This document shows positions 1 through 15,000 of a stretch of DNA of 64,000 bases, piece after piece. Position numbers and translations under genes: made by a program. The stretch's first letter is position 1. Each line of letters begins with the position of its first letter. The notes below the pieces were generated by a model. That model made no database searches. It saw only the letters and a program-made list of their open reading frames with translations, and was not told where the DNA came from. This DNA is from Candidatus Omnitrophota bacterium (GTDB taxonomy: Bacteria; Omnitrophota; Gorgyraeia; Zapsychrales; Zapsychraceae). The stretch covers positions 447 through 64,446 of the forward strand of contig JAJDCB010000028.1 of NCBI GenBank assembly GCA_029261065.1, written 5' to 3'.

Positions 1-3000
1 CATCACATTGTTCTCCAGATTCTAAAATGTTGTTTCCGCAAACAGGTGTGGGTGGAGGAGTTGTCGTGACTGTAAAATCACTACTCATCGCTAAACGGTT
101 ATTTGCAGTACCATCTCCGAAATATCTAATGTTATAATTTCCAGCTGTTGTTGGTGCTGTAAACGTCAACGTAACGGGATAATTTGCAGGGCTGGATAAT
201 GTTGTTTGAGTTCCATCTATATATTGCCATGTATTAACGATTGACCAATTGGAATCTGAATCTGATGTGTTGAGTAAAGCGATCCATTCTTCTAAACCAC
301 TAGCGCCACCGTCAAGAGTAACGCTGATTGTTTCTCCAGCTACGTAGCTAGACTTATTAAGTGAGACGCTTGGGTTGTTAGTCAGATTATTTGCGCTTAT
401 TTCAGCCATGACATTGTGTTCGGCCGCATAACAATAGCCATCAAGATAACGAATTTTTAAGAAAGAGGCTGTTGTACTTGTAAAAGTTACTTCTTTTTCA
501 GCGCTGCTGGCAGACCAAGTACCTGTTGTTATTGGACTTCCCCAGTTTCCATTTGTTGAAGATAAAAATACTTCGTACTGCGTACATTTTGTCCACATAT
601 AGGGAAGATATTTAAAACCCCTAACGTCATAGCTTCCACCTAAGTCGATGATCATCTCATGAGGGTTAGTTCCAGATCCCAACCAAAAGGTATTGCTGTC
701 TGCGTCGAGAACATTATCTTTACCTTCATCACCGGAAGTAACCGAAACGATCCTCATTTGTTCCTGAGGAATAAGACCGCCAGGAAAAGGAGTTGTGATT
801 GTTTCTAGATTACAAGTGTTATCGCATCCATCACCGTTAACAGTATTACCATCATCACATTGTTCACCGGATTCTGGCAATCCATTACCACAGACAGGTG
901 AAGAAGGAGGTGTTCCGCCAAATTCATAAGCTCCGATATCGATGTTAGCGCCTACTGGGCGGGTGTTACCTGCATAATCCAAAGCCGGTGCACCGGCGCC
1001 TGTTCCGATATCAATACTTAAGGCGCCAGCTTTTAACCTAAAATCTTTATTCGCAAAATCTACAAACTCATTGGTCAGGTCTGCGTTTAAAATATTGTTG
1101 GATAATGTTGGACCGGCGCAGCCATTATTGCAAAGACCTGACTGATTGGTGATGTTGTTTTCGATGATGGCATCATATGTATATCCAGAGTCTCTTATGG
1201 CATGGGTCTGGCCTGGTGCATCTACAATCGTATACATGATGTTGTTGCGCACAGTATGGTTGCGCCCGTAAAGAACCAGACCACCGTCGTTGTGGGGGCT
1301 CTCATCTATCAGCGTATTGTTGATGACAGTGTGGTTGGTTGCCGGGCCAGTGCCGTGGCCGTCATAAATATGAACCGGCCAGCCTTCCGCCATACCGTAA
1401 ACAATATTGTTTTTAACAACGATATTGTCTGTGTTATCGGACAAATAAATACCGTGGGTTTGGTTACGAGTCGGAGTTACTGCTGTGAGATTAAAAACCA
1501 GGTTATTTTTAACCACAGAATCATCCATTGCTTCCAAGCTCATTCCCACAACGCCGTAGGTATTGGAGGAGCTACCGATCTTATGGAGTTTGACTCCTGA
1601 TATTTCAATGTCCTTACAGCGTGTATAGGGCGCGCCATCAGCGTCCCTCGCAGCAATCCCACCGAATATAAAGTCGGTAATTTCAAAATCCTGGATCTTT
1701 ATGTGAGAGGCCGGTGGATTTTGGGCGCAATTAAAGAAGATGCCACTATCCATAGATTGATTGTTACCGTTCATAACGGCGCCCCATTTGTTTTCTGATT
1801 TAAATGTGATTGGACTCTCGGCGGTGCCACTTTTATTTATGTATAAAACTCTGGCTGGCGATTCGGCTGAGCGTGTCATATAAATTCCGTCCCCGACAAT
1901 CACCGTGTCGCCTGGGATGACATTTTCTTCGGCGTGGTCGATGCTTTTCCAGGGGGTTGCCTTGTTTAACGCTTGTGTTTTTGAGTGGCTGTCACTACCT
2001 GTTGCCCAACCGTTTCCAGCTCCTGCATTACATTCAACTGCAGTGTTACAGACATAATATGTGTTGCCTGAACCAGAGGGAGGTGTTTCTCTAAATTCAT
2101 AGGCACCTATATCATAGGCGTTGCCTTGTGGTCGGTTTTGACCATCAAAATCTTTTGTTACCATCGGAATCGTGATCCCAGTGTCAATCGCAGGACTGCC
2201 TGATTTTACATGGAAATCTGGTATGGTCTCACTAACAAAAAGTGGATCGGTGTTGAGGAGGTTTGTCACAACCGTTCCACGACCGACATCCGAAACGTCA
2301 TCAAGCCCATTTTGCCAACATATGTTATTTGAAATGATTGTATTATCTGCATAATCTCTGACCCTAATACATGCATGGTTATTGCCGAAGATGGTGTTGT
2401 TATAGACCAAGCTGTCATTCGGACTTGAAAACCCTACATATATGCCATACCCAGGTAAGGTGTCTTCACGTCCGTTGTTATAAATAACATTATTGTACGC
2501 AACATTATTATGACCACTTCCAATCAAGAGACCATTTGAGCCATTATCATAGAGGATGTTGTCATGAATCGAATTATTGGAATTGTAAGACTGTCCTTCG
2601 GAATATTGTTGAATCCCGATGCCTTTATTGTTGTAGATCTCAGAATTATAGACCTCATGATGGTGTCCTGTTAAATACAGTCCATGAAATGCTGGATTGA
2701 GTGGTCCATCGTTGCCATTGTTATGGATCTTTAAATTTTTGAACGTACAATAACTACTAATAGGTGTTTGGAGTACTCCAATACCATTACCGTTTCCAGC
2801 ATTTTTGACCTCAGTGCCGTCAATTGTGATATAGGTGCTAGCATTATTCACGCGTATACCAATATTTGTAACATTTGTGGCATCGACGACAAATCCTTTA
2901 AATGTGATATACGACTTTCCATAAAACCACACAACATCGCCACCAGCGCCGCCTGATGTCAGTGGTAATAGTGTGACCACATCATTTTCAAAAGAAGAGA

Positions 3001-6000
3001 TAACCGTTGGGTTGCCCGCGCTTCCACTCACCATCTGGTCGTGATCAATAAATTCATTATAGGTACCAGCTTTGACGTAGAGCGTATCACCGCCAACCAT
3101 ACACCCGAGTCCGCCTGCGATTGTGAGTTTAGGTGTTGATTGTGAGTGTGCTTGTGAACATGAATGGCTATCACTTCCATTTTTTGCTACATAATAGACT
3201 GTGTCGTCAGAAGGAGTTGGTGTTTCGTTTTGACAACTATTTGAACATCCGTCGCCTGAAGTTGTATTGCCATCATCGCATTGTTCACTAGATTCTAAAA
3301 TATTATTTCCGCAAACAGGTGTTGGTTGAGGTGGTGTCGTGACGGTAAAGTCGCTACTTATTGCTAAACGATTAGTTAATCCATTTTCTTGGAAATATCG
3401 AAAGTTATATGTGCCAGCGGTTGACGGTGCTGTAAAAGTCAACGTTATTGGATAAGTAGGAGAAGAGGATGGTAGTGTTTTTGTGCCACTGAGATATTGC
3501 CATGTCGATTCAAATGACCAGGTTGAATCTGGATTGGAGGCAATATACAGAGGAATCCATTCTTGAAGTCCGCCAGGTCCGCCATCAACAGTGACGGTGA
3601 TTGTTTCGCCAGTTTCGTAAGAAGATTTATTCGTGCTAACAGTTGGGTTTCCTTGAATTGGAACAGCAATGATATTAACATCAAAAGTTTTTTCAGTCGT
3701 ATGCGTTCCATCACTGACACGCAAAATCCAACGATACGCTGTACCTGCTGATCCAGCAAGATAATCAAAGTCAGCATTGGCTACAGGACCTGTTCCATTA
3801 AGATAAGAAATTTCAGACCCACCATTTAACGTGTAGAGCCATTCCCAAGAGAGAGGATCGTTGTCAGGATCAGTGGCTGTTGCAGAATAAGAAACTGTTG
3901 AATCTTCATAAAATTGAATGCCTGAGGCGGAAGTATCTACATCAGAAACATCTGTTGAAATAGTTGAAACGTTAGGAGCAGGAGATGTTGAACCATCACC
4001 ATATCCATCTGGAAATTCACAACCATTCCTATTGACATTCAATCGATGATGAACATTTATACATGACTCCTCTGATGCATCATTAATGCCAGGAATAATG
4101 GCTCCACATCCGGTAAAACGTCCATTATCTTCGTTTGCAAGCCACATTGGATTATTTGTTAAAGTACCATTCTCGTAGGTATAAAGAATATTAGCTCCGA
4201 TGTCTTCGTTGTTTTCTCCAGAGCCTTTCAGCAGAGAGGTTTTTGGAATCCAAACCTTACAGGAACCAAGTGATGGATCGTCTGTGTTTTCATGAGTTAT
4301 TTTAGAATTAGGAGGCTTAGGAGAATAATTAATGAGAGCACCCGTAGAATTGGAAAAATCTAATCCCCAGATATTTTGATCGACAAACTTAAATCCATAA
4401 TTCCCGCCAATGGAAAGAGAATTTAGAATAAATGCGGAATTTTGTCCGGTATTGATATATCGCTCATCACTAGTTTCTTGATCAGCCAAGAATCCCGAAC
4501 TATCGACGCCATTAAAAACAGAGCAATTCTTACATTGGATGTTTTGCGAACCACGGATGAACATCCCATAGCTTTTTGGATTGACTACTACCAAATTCTC
4601 AGCAGTATTATCTTTCGGCGGGGTATATACGTTTTCAAGTCGTTGTCGGAAACTTATACCGTAAAATTCGTTGAGTGAGATATTACCAAAGAATTGATTA
4701 TTAATGGAAGAAGCTTTAGACTGAACACCCGCTAGTTGTACATTGCCTTCCGAAATATTGTTTTCTAATAAGGTATTCGCTGCAGGATACATTTCCACAC
4801 ACGAGTCGCCACGACCTTCGAGTCCATCAATAACATCGTTCCCGAACCCGTCAGGAAGCTCTTCATATCCGCGGGAATTGCAGTAATTTCTTCGAAAAGT
4901 ATTGTTATTGGTGTTTCCACTACCCGAATTGAATGGCATCATGGCATGACGGTGAAAATAATAAAATTCGTTTTCTTCAATGAGCGAATCATCAACTTCT
5001 TTTAGTTCTAAAAGATGGGAGTTTTTATATCGGTTATTATGCGTTAGGAGCATTCTTCGGATTGTAAGATGATGTGAGCCTTCAACACTCATGGGGCCGC
5101 CGAAAACACTTCCGTTGAAATCGTCACCTTTGATTCGCAAGCCTTCAATGGTCCAGTATGAACAGTTGGAGATGGTAAAAGGATCGTAGCTTCCATCTCC
5201 TTCTAAAAACGCTTTGCGTTCATTTTCAGCTTTTATGGTGATGCGTTGAAGATCTGTTCCGTTTTTCGTATTGGATTCGGCGCAGTTAGCGACGAACGTG
5301 CCTGAGTTAGATTTTTTATAAATTCCATCCTTGAGTATTAAAGTGTCCCCGGGAGAAAGCTTTGGAAGTGCAAAAGCAAAAGTCTGCCAAGGGGTGTCAT
5401 AGGACCCATCATCAAGATCGTTTCCGTTTGGCGAAATGTAAACAGCATCAGAAGGTTGTGGAATGCTTTGATTGTCAACATTGATCGAATGCAAAGAGGA
5501 GGTCGTTGTATTTCCCGCCGCATCACGTGCACGCGCACTTAAGGTGTGGTTGCCATTGGTAATAGTTGTTGTATCTAAAGAAATAGAGTAAGGCACTGAA
5601 GTGTCTTCGCCGCCGAGGTTAGTTCCATCAAGAATAAATTGAACGCCAAGCACTCCAACATCATCTGACGCAGTTGCGGAAACAGAAATTGTATTGTAAG
5701 CCGTTGAACCGTCAGATGGAGAAGTTAATGACACACTCGGTGGTGTCGTATCAATCGGAACTGTTACTGTGAAGTTGCTACTAACGCTTAAGCGGCTACT
5801 TATCGAATTATCCGCAAAATATCTAATATTATATGTTCCAGCGATTGTTGGTGCTGTAAATGTTAATGTATGTGGATAGCTGACAGGTGATGTAGGTTGA
5901 GATTGTGTTTCATTTAAATACTGCCATAAGTTTAAATTCGCCCAGGCTGAGTCTGGATCAGTATCAACTACCAATGTGATCCATTCTTGCAGGCCACTTA

Positions 6001-9000
6001 ATCCGTCATCAACAGTAACCGTAATCGTGTCTCCGGTTTCATAGGTTGATTGATCTACTGATACACTCGCATTAATTATTGGTGGAACAGCAATGATATT
6101 AACATCAAGAGTTTTTTCAGTCGTATGTGTTCCATCACTGACACGTAAAATCCAACGATACGCTGTACCTGCTGATCCAGCAAGATAATCAAAGTCAGCA
6201 TTGGCTACAGGACCTGTTCCATTAAGATAAGAAATTTCAGACCCAGCATTTAAAGTGTAAAGCCATTCCCAAGAGAGAGGGTCGTTGTCAGGATCAGTGG
6301 CTGTTGCAGAATAAGAAACAGTTGAATCTTCATAAAACTGAATGCCTGATGCGGAAAGATCTACATCAGAAACATCTGTTGAAATACTTGAGACAATAGG
6401 AAAAGGAGATGTTGAGCCATCACCATATCCATCAGGAAATGAACATCCATTCGTATTCACATTCAAACGTTCATGCACATCCATACAGGATATGCCGGGT
6501 TTGTCATTGACGCCGGGAACAACAACCCCACAAGGGAATTCACCTGTTGAAGTATTCCAAAGCGGTTCGTTTGTTAGTACACCATCTTTATAACGGTATA
6601 ATACATTAGCTCCAATGTCCTCACCATTTTTTCCAGCTCCTTTTAAGGAACTTGAATCAGGAACAAAGACTCGACAACTTCCCATATCTGATGTGGCACT
6701 GACTGATGATGGTGGAGTGGTCGCTGTATCACGAGTCTCAGTACCAGTGCTCCATACATTATCGGAAGCATTCCATCCAACGGAATTTTCCAATATCCTG
6801 GTTTTGAATTGACTACCATTGGCGATATAGTAACTTAAACTGACATCTTGCACCAAAGTATTTTGGAGTGTAAGACCAGGATCCTGCTGAATTTTACAAG
6901 TTTCATTCGAAGGATAATAATGGCCGCATTTTCCTGGACCCTGACGCGGATCATATTTATTATTTGCAGTAACGCCAAAGGTCTTTCCTCCAAAAATTGA
7001 GAAATTTTTAGCTACGGTATTAAATGTGCTTTGAGATATGAAACCAACTCCCGTTTCACGCAGTGCGTTTCCTTCTAGATATCCGATAGACACATTGTGT
7101 TCGTATCGTGGATTAGCAGTTGCCATAAATTCTTGTGGATGTTTTGTTGTTGTATAGTTTGTTACACAATTCATCGCAACATTTCCAATAAATTCATTGT
7201 TAGGACCAGAATTGTTAAAACAACTATCTCGAGTATCTTGTGCAATATTGTTTTCAAAAAGCATATCATCTGCATAATACGCTACAAAACATTCCTGCTG
7301 CAATGTAGTTCCAGGAACACCACCCCGGCAAAAATTTCGGCGGAATGTGACCCTTTTACCGCCAAGTGCATAGATAACATTTCCTGTAATATTGTATGCT
7401 TCGTTTTCTTCAACTAACATATCAAAAGACTGATAAGCTATTATAGCGTTGCTGGGTACCAATTTATTTAGGTCATGGATCAAGGTACGTTTAACTTCAA
7501 CATGAGATGACTGATAAACTTGAATACCTATTGCTTCAGTAAGGTTAGCGTTAGGAGTTCCACTGATATGAAGGCCTTCAATGTTATACCAATCGCATTG
7601 ATTCAGACTGATAGAAACTGAATCGCCGTCATTAATAAGATGGGCTTGGCGTTCATTAAGCGCTTTGATAGTAATGGGATTACCTTGTGTTCCCTTAGGG
7701 GCGTTGCCTCCAGCCTCACAAGTAAGCGTAATATTCTCGGTATATGTTCCATCAACCAAACAAAGTGTGTCGCCTGGAACAGCCACCGGCCAGAAGTCGG
7801 CCACTTGAAATGGTGATGACGTTGACAAACCATTGCCTTCACCATTGGGTGAAGCATAATAATCGCAACTGGCTATTGGTTGTGGATCATCTTGATTATT
7901 TACCGTCACATTTATAGTTGTGGCTGTTGTCGTATTACCCGCAGCATCACGCGCACGTGCACTTAAGGTATGGTTGCCATTGGCAATCGTTGTAGTATCT
8001 AAAGAAATAGAGTAAGGCTCCGATGTGTCTTCGCCCCCGAGGTTAGTTCCATTTAGAATAAATTGAACGCCAAGCACCCCAACATCATCCGACGCAGAAG
8101 CCGAAACAGAAATTGTATTGGAAACCGTTACGCCATTGGATGGGGATGTCATCGAAACACTTGGTGGCGTTGTATCTGTTGTTGGATTTGGATCAACAAT
8201 GAGTTGAGCATCTAAAACAAGATCGCCCCATTGTGAAGGGTTTTTAAACACTCCTGTTGAATCAATAAGACCCATCCAATCAAATTGAGTGCCAATGCTA
8301 TTGTCACGATCATTATTCACGAGGAGTAATCCCATCACTTTATTAGCGACAGCAGATGTATTAAGAGAAGACCAAGGAATTTTTATCTCCATGATATATC
8401 CATTTGGATGTGTCATTGTTTGTGAAGACATGCCGGCAATATTAAAATCATTAATATTGATGATTTCATGAATGTCATTAGGATCCATTGATGAGGATTC
8501 ATCGTGATCCACATCAATATAAAATTCAGCGCCATCATCGGCCCAAAGGCTGGTGTCTTGGGCTTCTAAATTCGAGTCTGTAACGTCATAAGCTAAATAA
8601 AGATTTTGATCATCCCAAAGAGTAGACACGGTTACCTGGTTGTCGCTTCGTCCAGGATTGTTAAAGGCCACAGAGTTGGCTTGACTCCAGGCGTATTCAG
8701 ACATATCGCCATTAAGGGTGATCGGTGTATCTGTCTTTTTGGCAGAAATAGATTGGGAAATAATTTGAATCTGACAGCTGTTATTACATTCATCATCGTT
8801 GACCGTATTGCCGTCATCACATTCTTCACCAGGTTCTAAGGCACCATTACCGCAGACAGGTGCAGGTAGCGTGACGGTAAAATCGCTGCTTATAGCTAAA
8901 CGATTAGTTAATCCATTTTCTTGGAAATATCGAAAGTTATATGTACCAGCGGTTGACGGTGCTGTAAAAGTCAACGTTTTCGGATAAGTAGGAGAAGAGG

Positions 9001-12000
9001 TTGGCAGTGTTTGTGTGCCACTAAGATATTGCCATGTCGTTTCAAATGACCACGTTGAATCTGGATTGGAGGCAATATATAGAGGAACCCATTCTTGAAG
9101 CCCACCAGGTCCGCCATCAACAGTGACGGTGATTGTTTCGCCAGTTTCGTAAGAAGATTTATTCGTGCTAACAGAAGGGTTTCCTTGAATTGGAACAGCA
9201 ATGATATTAACATCAAGAGTTTTTTCAGTTGTATGCGTTCCATCGCTGACACGTAAAATCAAATGATACGCTGTGCCCGCTGATCCAGCAAGATAATCAA
9301 AGTCAGCATTCGCAACAGGACCGGTTCCGTTAAGATAAGAAATTTCAGACCCACCGTTTAACGTGTAAAGCCATTCCCAAGAGAGAGGATCGTTGTCAGG
9401 ATCAGTAGCTGTAGCAGAATAGGAGACGGTTGTATCTTCATAAAATTGAATACCAGAGCTTGAAGTATCCACATCGGAAACATCCGTTGAAATAGTTGAA
9501 ACGTTAGGAGCAGGTGATGATTGGCCACTACCATACTCAGCAGGAAATGAACAGCCGTTGGTATTGACATTCAAACGTTCGTGAACATCAAAACAGGAAT
9601 TGCCAGCAATGTCGTTAACGCCAGGGATAATCGCCCCACAGGTAAATTGTCCTGTTGATGTATTCCAAAGCGGTTCATTAGTTAGAACTCCATCTTGATA
9701 GCGGTACAATACATTCGCTCCGATATCTTTGCCATCTTTTCCGATTCCTTTCATCGGAGAACCATCAGGAATAAAGACCTTACATGTCCCAAGTCCGGGA
9801 TCATCAATTGACGTTTTTGTATAACGAGAATCATTCGCCGGACTATAGTTGTTTGACTGCCCAAAGGAGTTGCTCGAGTCAATACCAAAATCGGATAGAG
9901 TAAGCATAGAGAATCCAAAGCTATTATTATTCGCCGCTAAGCTGTTCTCATAGAAGATAGTCGGATGTCCATCGCCTATAAACTGTGTGGTAGCCGCAAA
10001 TCCACCGTCTTGATTATCGAGTACCATACAGTTATGACATTGAGTATTTTTGTTTGCAACGAAGTCCATTCCACTATAAATTGAATTAATGGCGACAAAG
10101 TTTTCCACCAAAGTATTTTGAGGCATATTCCTAAGTGTATTGCCTCGTGCGACAAATGTTGCACCACGTGTATTATTAAGGGCGATGTTCCCAAAGAGCT
10201 TATTATTCATCGCTCCAACTCCATCTGCCTCAATGTCGAAACCGCCTCCGACCTTCTCTGCTATATTGTTTTCCACAATATTATTACTACCAGGATAAAG
10301 CGCAATTCCAGCAGCCCCTCGATCAGGGTAATATGAGTCGTAACCGTCAGGAATATCAGGATTAAGACGAGAATTCACGTAATTGCGCCGAAATGTATTA
10401 TACTCACCTCCAGCGGCGTTAAGTATTCCGTGACGGTGATAATCGTACAATTCATTTTCTTCAACAAGACTGTAATCCGTATTATATAATAATAATGCTG
10501 AGGAGTTAACATACCGATTATTATGACCCACCAACATTCGTCGAAACGTTAAGTTATTTGAGTTACCAGCGTAAATAGGATCACCAAGTTGTGAACCAGG
10601 GGCATCATCACTTTCAACCCGTAAACCTTCAAACGTCCAATACGCACAATTCACAATGGAGAGAGTCTCTTCGTGTCCAGTTCCTTTTAAAAAGGCCCTG
10701 CGTTCATTCTCAGCTTTAACGGTAATAGGTAATTCTGCTGTTCCATTGGTATAACCACTACCACAAACAATATTTGGATAGCCGCTTCCGGTCGTATTAT
10801 TGTAGTCACCGTCTTTGACTATTAGAGTATCACCTGGTTGCAATTGCTTTAACGCATGTGCCCAGGTTTTAAAAGGAGAGCCAATCGTTCCTGGAAATGT
10901 ATCATCACCAGTAGGGGAGATGTAAAAGACGTCACCCGTTGGTGGTGTGACTTGATGATCAACCGTAAAATTGATTACGGATGATGTTGTCGTGTTGCCC
11001 GCAGCATCACGCGCTTGCGCACTTAAGGTATGATTGCCATCTGAAATAACTGTGGTATCTAAAGAAATAGAGTAAGGATAAGAAGTATCTTCAGAAACAA
11101 GATTGGAGCCATCTAAAATAAATTGAACACCGGCAACACCGACATCATCAGAGGCCGAGGCTGAAACAGTTATTGTATTAGAAATAATCGAACCGTTAGA
11201 AGGAGATATCACTGAAACAGAAGGTAGTGTTGTATCTAGAGGTGCTGTTACCGTAAAGTTATTACTCATCGCTAAACGGCTACTTATACTGTTATCCGCA
11301 AGATATCTTATGTTATAACTGCCTACTGTTGTTGGAGCTGCAAACGTTAGAGTAACCGGATAGTTCACCGGTGAAGACGGTTGTGTCGTCGTTCCATTTA
11401 AATATTGCCATTTATTAACAACGGACCAATCCGAATCAGGATCTGATGTATTGTAAACCGCGATCCATTCTTGAAGGTCGCTTGCTCCGCCGTCAATAAT
11501 GACGGTGATTGTCTCGCCAGATTCATATGTTGATTGATCCATTGATACAGTAGGATTGAGGGTTTGTTCAATCTGACAAGTCGCGCTACAGCCGTCGCCA
11601 TTATCCGTATTCCCATCCTCGCACTCTTCTTCAGGTTCATGAATGCCGTTACCGCAAATGGAAGGACAATCGCTGGCACAGTTAAGGGTGTCTTCTGGAA
11701 GATTTGTACAAATACCATCTCCGCAGAATAAAGATGTCACACAAGAATCATAAGCCGTACATGTTTCGTTGCAGTCCTCTGTACCAGGATAACCGTTTAA
11801 GTCCGTACAGTTTTGTGAATTAGAATCACAGATTTCATTTAAAAGGGGATGAAGGATGCCATCTCCACAAAATTCATTTTGACAGGAATCATTACAGTCA
11901 TCGCCATTAGTATTGTTGCCATCGTCACATTCTTCACCTAAACCAGTTTGAACGATGCTATCACCACAAGTTTCTAAAACGCACAGAGAAGAGCAACCAT

Positions 12001-15000
12001 CTTCATCTATAGTATTACCGTCATCACAAGATTCATTCCCATTAACAAGATCATCCCCACAAAATTCTGTAGGAGTACACGAATTATAAGAGCAATCCGA
12101 TTGGCACGATTGAATACCTTGATAGCCGTTAACGCTACAACTAAGAGAAGAGTTGCCTTCACATTCTTCGCCTAAACCAGGTTGAACAATGTTGTCACCG
12201 CAAGCTTCAAGAACACAAGTTGCGGAGCAACCGTCTTCATCCAAGTTATTACCGTCATCGCAAGCTTCACCCGTTTCAAGAACGTTGTTGCCGCAAGACC
12301 CTTGAGTGATACCAGTACAGAGGGCATTACAATTGTTAGGTGTGCCGTTGTTGACACCGTCATCACAAATTTCGCCACTTTCAAGAACATTGTTGCCACA
12401 AGAGCTTAGAGTGATTCCGCTACAGAGAGCATTACAATTGTTAGGCGTACCATTGTTAGCGCCATCATCACAAGATTCATTTCCATTAACAATATCGTCC
12501 CCACAAGATTCTGTAGGGGTACAAGAATTATAAGAGCAATCCAATTGGCAAGATTGAATACCTTGATAACCATTGAGGACACAATTAAGAGAAGAGTTGC
12601 CTTCGCATTCTTCACCTAAACCAGATTGAACAATGTTGTCCCCACAAGATTCAAGAACACAAGTCGCGGAGCAACCGTCTTCATTTGAGTTATTACCGTC
12701 ATCACAAGCTTCACCTGTTTCAAGAACGTTGTTGCCACAAGTCCCTTGAGTTGTACCAGTACAAAGGGCATTACAATTGTTAGGCGTGCCGTTGTTAGCG
12801 CCATCATCACAAGATTCATTACCATTAACAATATCGTCCCCACACGATTCGGTAGGAATACAAGAATTATAAGAGCAATCCAATTGGCAAGATTGAATAC
12901 CTTGATAACCATTGAGGACACAATTAAGAGAAGAGTTGCCTTCGCATTCTTCACCTAACCCAGATTGAACGATGTTGTCACCACAAGATTCAAGAACACA
13001 AGTCGAGGAGCAGCCATCTTCATCCGCATTATTACCGTCATCGCAAGCTTCACCCGTTTCAAGAACGTTGTTGCCGCAAGAGCCTTGAGTTGTACCAGAA
13101 CAGAGAGCATTACAATTGTTAGGCGTGCCGTTGTTAGCGCCATCATCACAAGATTCATTACCATTGACAATATCGTCCCCACAAGATTCGGTAGGGGTGC
13201 AAGAGTTGTAAGAGCAATCGGATTGGCAAGATTGGATGCCTTGATAACCATTAAGGACGCAATTAAGAGAAGAGTTGCCTTCACATTCTTCACCTAAACC
13301 AGATTGAACAATGTTGTCACCACAGGATTCGATAGTACAAATGGAAGAGCAGCCGTCTTGATCGACATTGTTACCATCGTCGCAAGCTTCAGCGCCTTCA
13401 AGGGTATTGTTGCCGCAAGATGCTAAAGTGATTCCGCTACATTCGGCGTTACAATGATTAGGGGTTCCGTTGTTCGTGCCGTCATCACATGCTTCAACTC
13501 CGTTTACAATGTTGTCCCCACAAAATTCTGTAGGGGCGCAAGAATTATAGGAACAATCATTTTTACAGGATTGTGTTCCGTTATAATTATCGATCACACA
13601 ATTAAGAGAAGAGTTGCCATCACATGCCTCGCCTAACCCAGGTTGAACAATGTTATCGCCACAAGATTCAAGAACACAGACAGAAGAGCAACCGTCTTCA
13701 TCCACGTTATTACCATCATCACAAGTTTCATTATCTTCAAGAATACTGTTGCCACAAGAGGCAGGAGTGGTTCCGCTACATTCGGCGTTACAAGAATTTG
13801 GCGTATTGTTGTTAGCGCCATCATCACACGATTCGTTTCCGTTTAAAATACCATCACCACAAGATTCGCTAGCGATACAGTTATTAAAGGTGCAGTTATT
13901 AAGACAGGATTGTGTTCCTACATATCCATTAATACTACAGCTTATGCTTTCGTTTCCTTCGCACTGTTCACCAAGTTCGTTTTGAACGATGTCATCGCCA
14001 CAAGATTCGATGTTACAAGTTGAAGAGCAGCCATCTTCATCCGTGTTGTTACCGTCATCACAAGCTTCATTGTTTTCTAGAATATTGTTACCACAAACAG
14101 CTTCAGTTATTGCAGTACAAGTATCATTACAATGATTAGCGCCTCCATTGTTAGCGCCATCATCACAGGTTTCGTTACCATTTAAAGTGCCATCGCCACA
14201 AAATTCGGTAGGTGAGCAAGTATCAAAAGAACAGGTATCTTGACATGATTGAATTCCGTTATAACCATTTATGATACAGCCAATCGTTGTGTTTCCTTCG
14301 CATTGTTCGGAAAGGCCATCTTGAACGATGCCGTCGCCGCAGAATTCATTTTGACATGTAGACGAGCAACCATCATTGGAGGAGAGGTTATGATCATCAC
14401 ATTCTTCACCAAGACCGGGTTGAATAACGTTATCCCCGCAAATTTCAAGTTTACATTCAGGAGAGCAGCCATCATTAGCATCATTGTTGCCATCATCACA
14501 AAGTTCGCCTAGTTCGAGTTGTCGGATGCCATCCCCACAAAGTTCAGCGGCACAATCTGGTGTACAACCATCATTGAAATCATTGTTACCATCATCACAC
14601 ACTTCACCTAATCCAGCTTGAATGATATTATCGCCACAAAATTCAGCGACACATAGATCGTTACATCCATCACCGGAATTGGAATTTCCGTCATCGCAAT
14701 TTTCACCTAAATTTGGCTGAATTGTTCCATCGCCACAAAATTCATTGACACAAATATTGTTACAGCCATCGCCATCAATGTTATTTCCGTCATCACAGGA
14801 TTCACCCGCTTCAATGATAGTGTTGCCGCAGACAGGTAATGTTGTGCCATTACATTGAGCGTTACAATGATTGGAGGTTCCGTTATTGTTACCATCATCA
14901 CACGTTTCATCGCCGTTTCGAATATCATCTCCACAGAACTCAGCAGTCGTACACGAATCAAATGAGCAGTTGCTTTGGCAAGTTTGAAGACCTTGGTAGC

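Noticed and set aside
4805-4813. RGD tripeptide in beta-helix 3 of the giant protein
   Set aside because: Expected by chance in ~6,000 aa; no supporting context
12160-14300. 339-bp repeats as a CRISPR or non-coding array
   Set aside because: Unit length is a multiple of 3, the units encode in-frame Cys repeats, there is no repeat-spacer structure, and no cas genes are present
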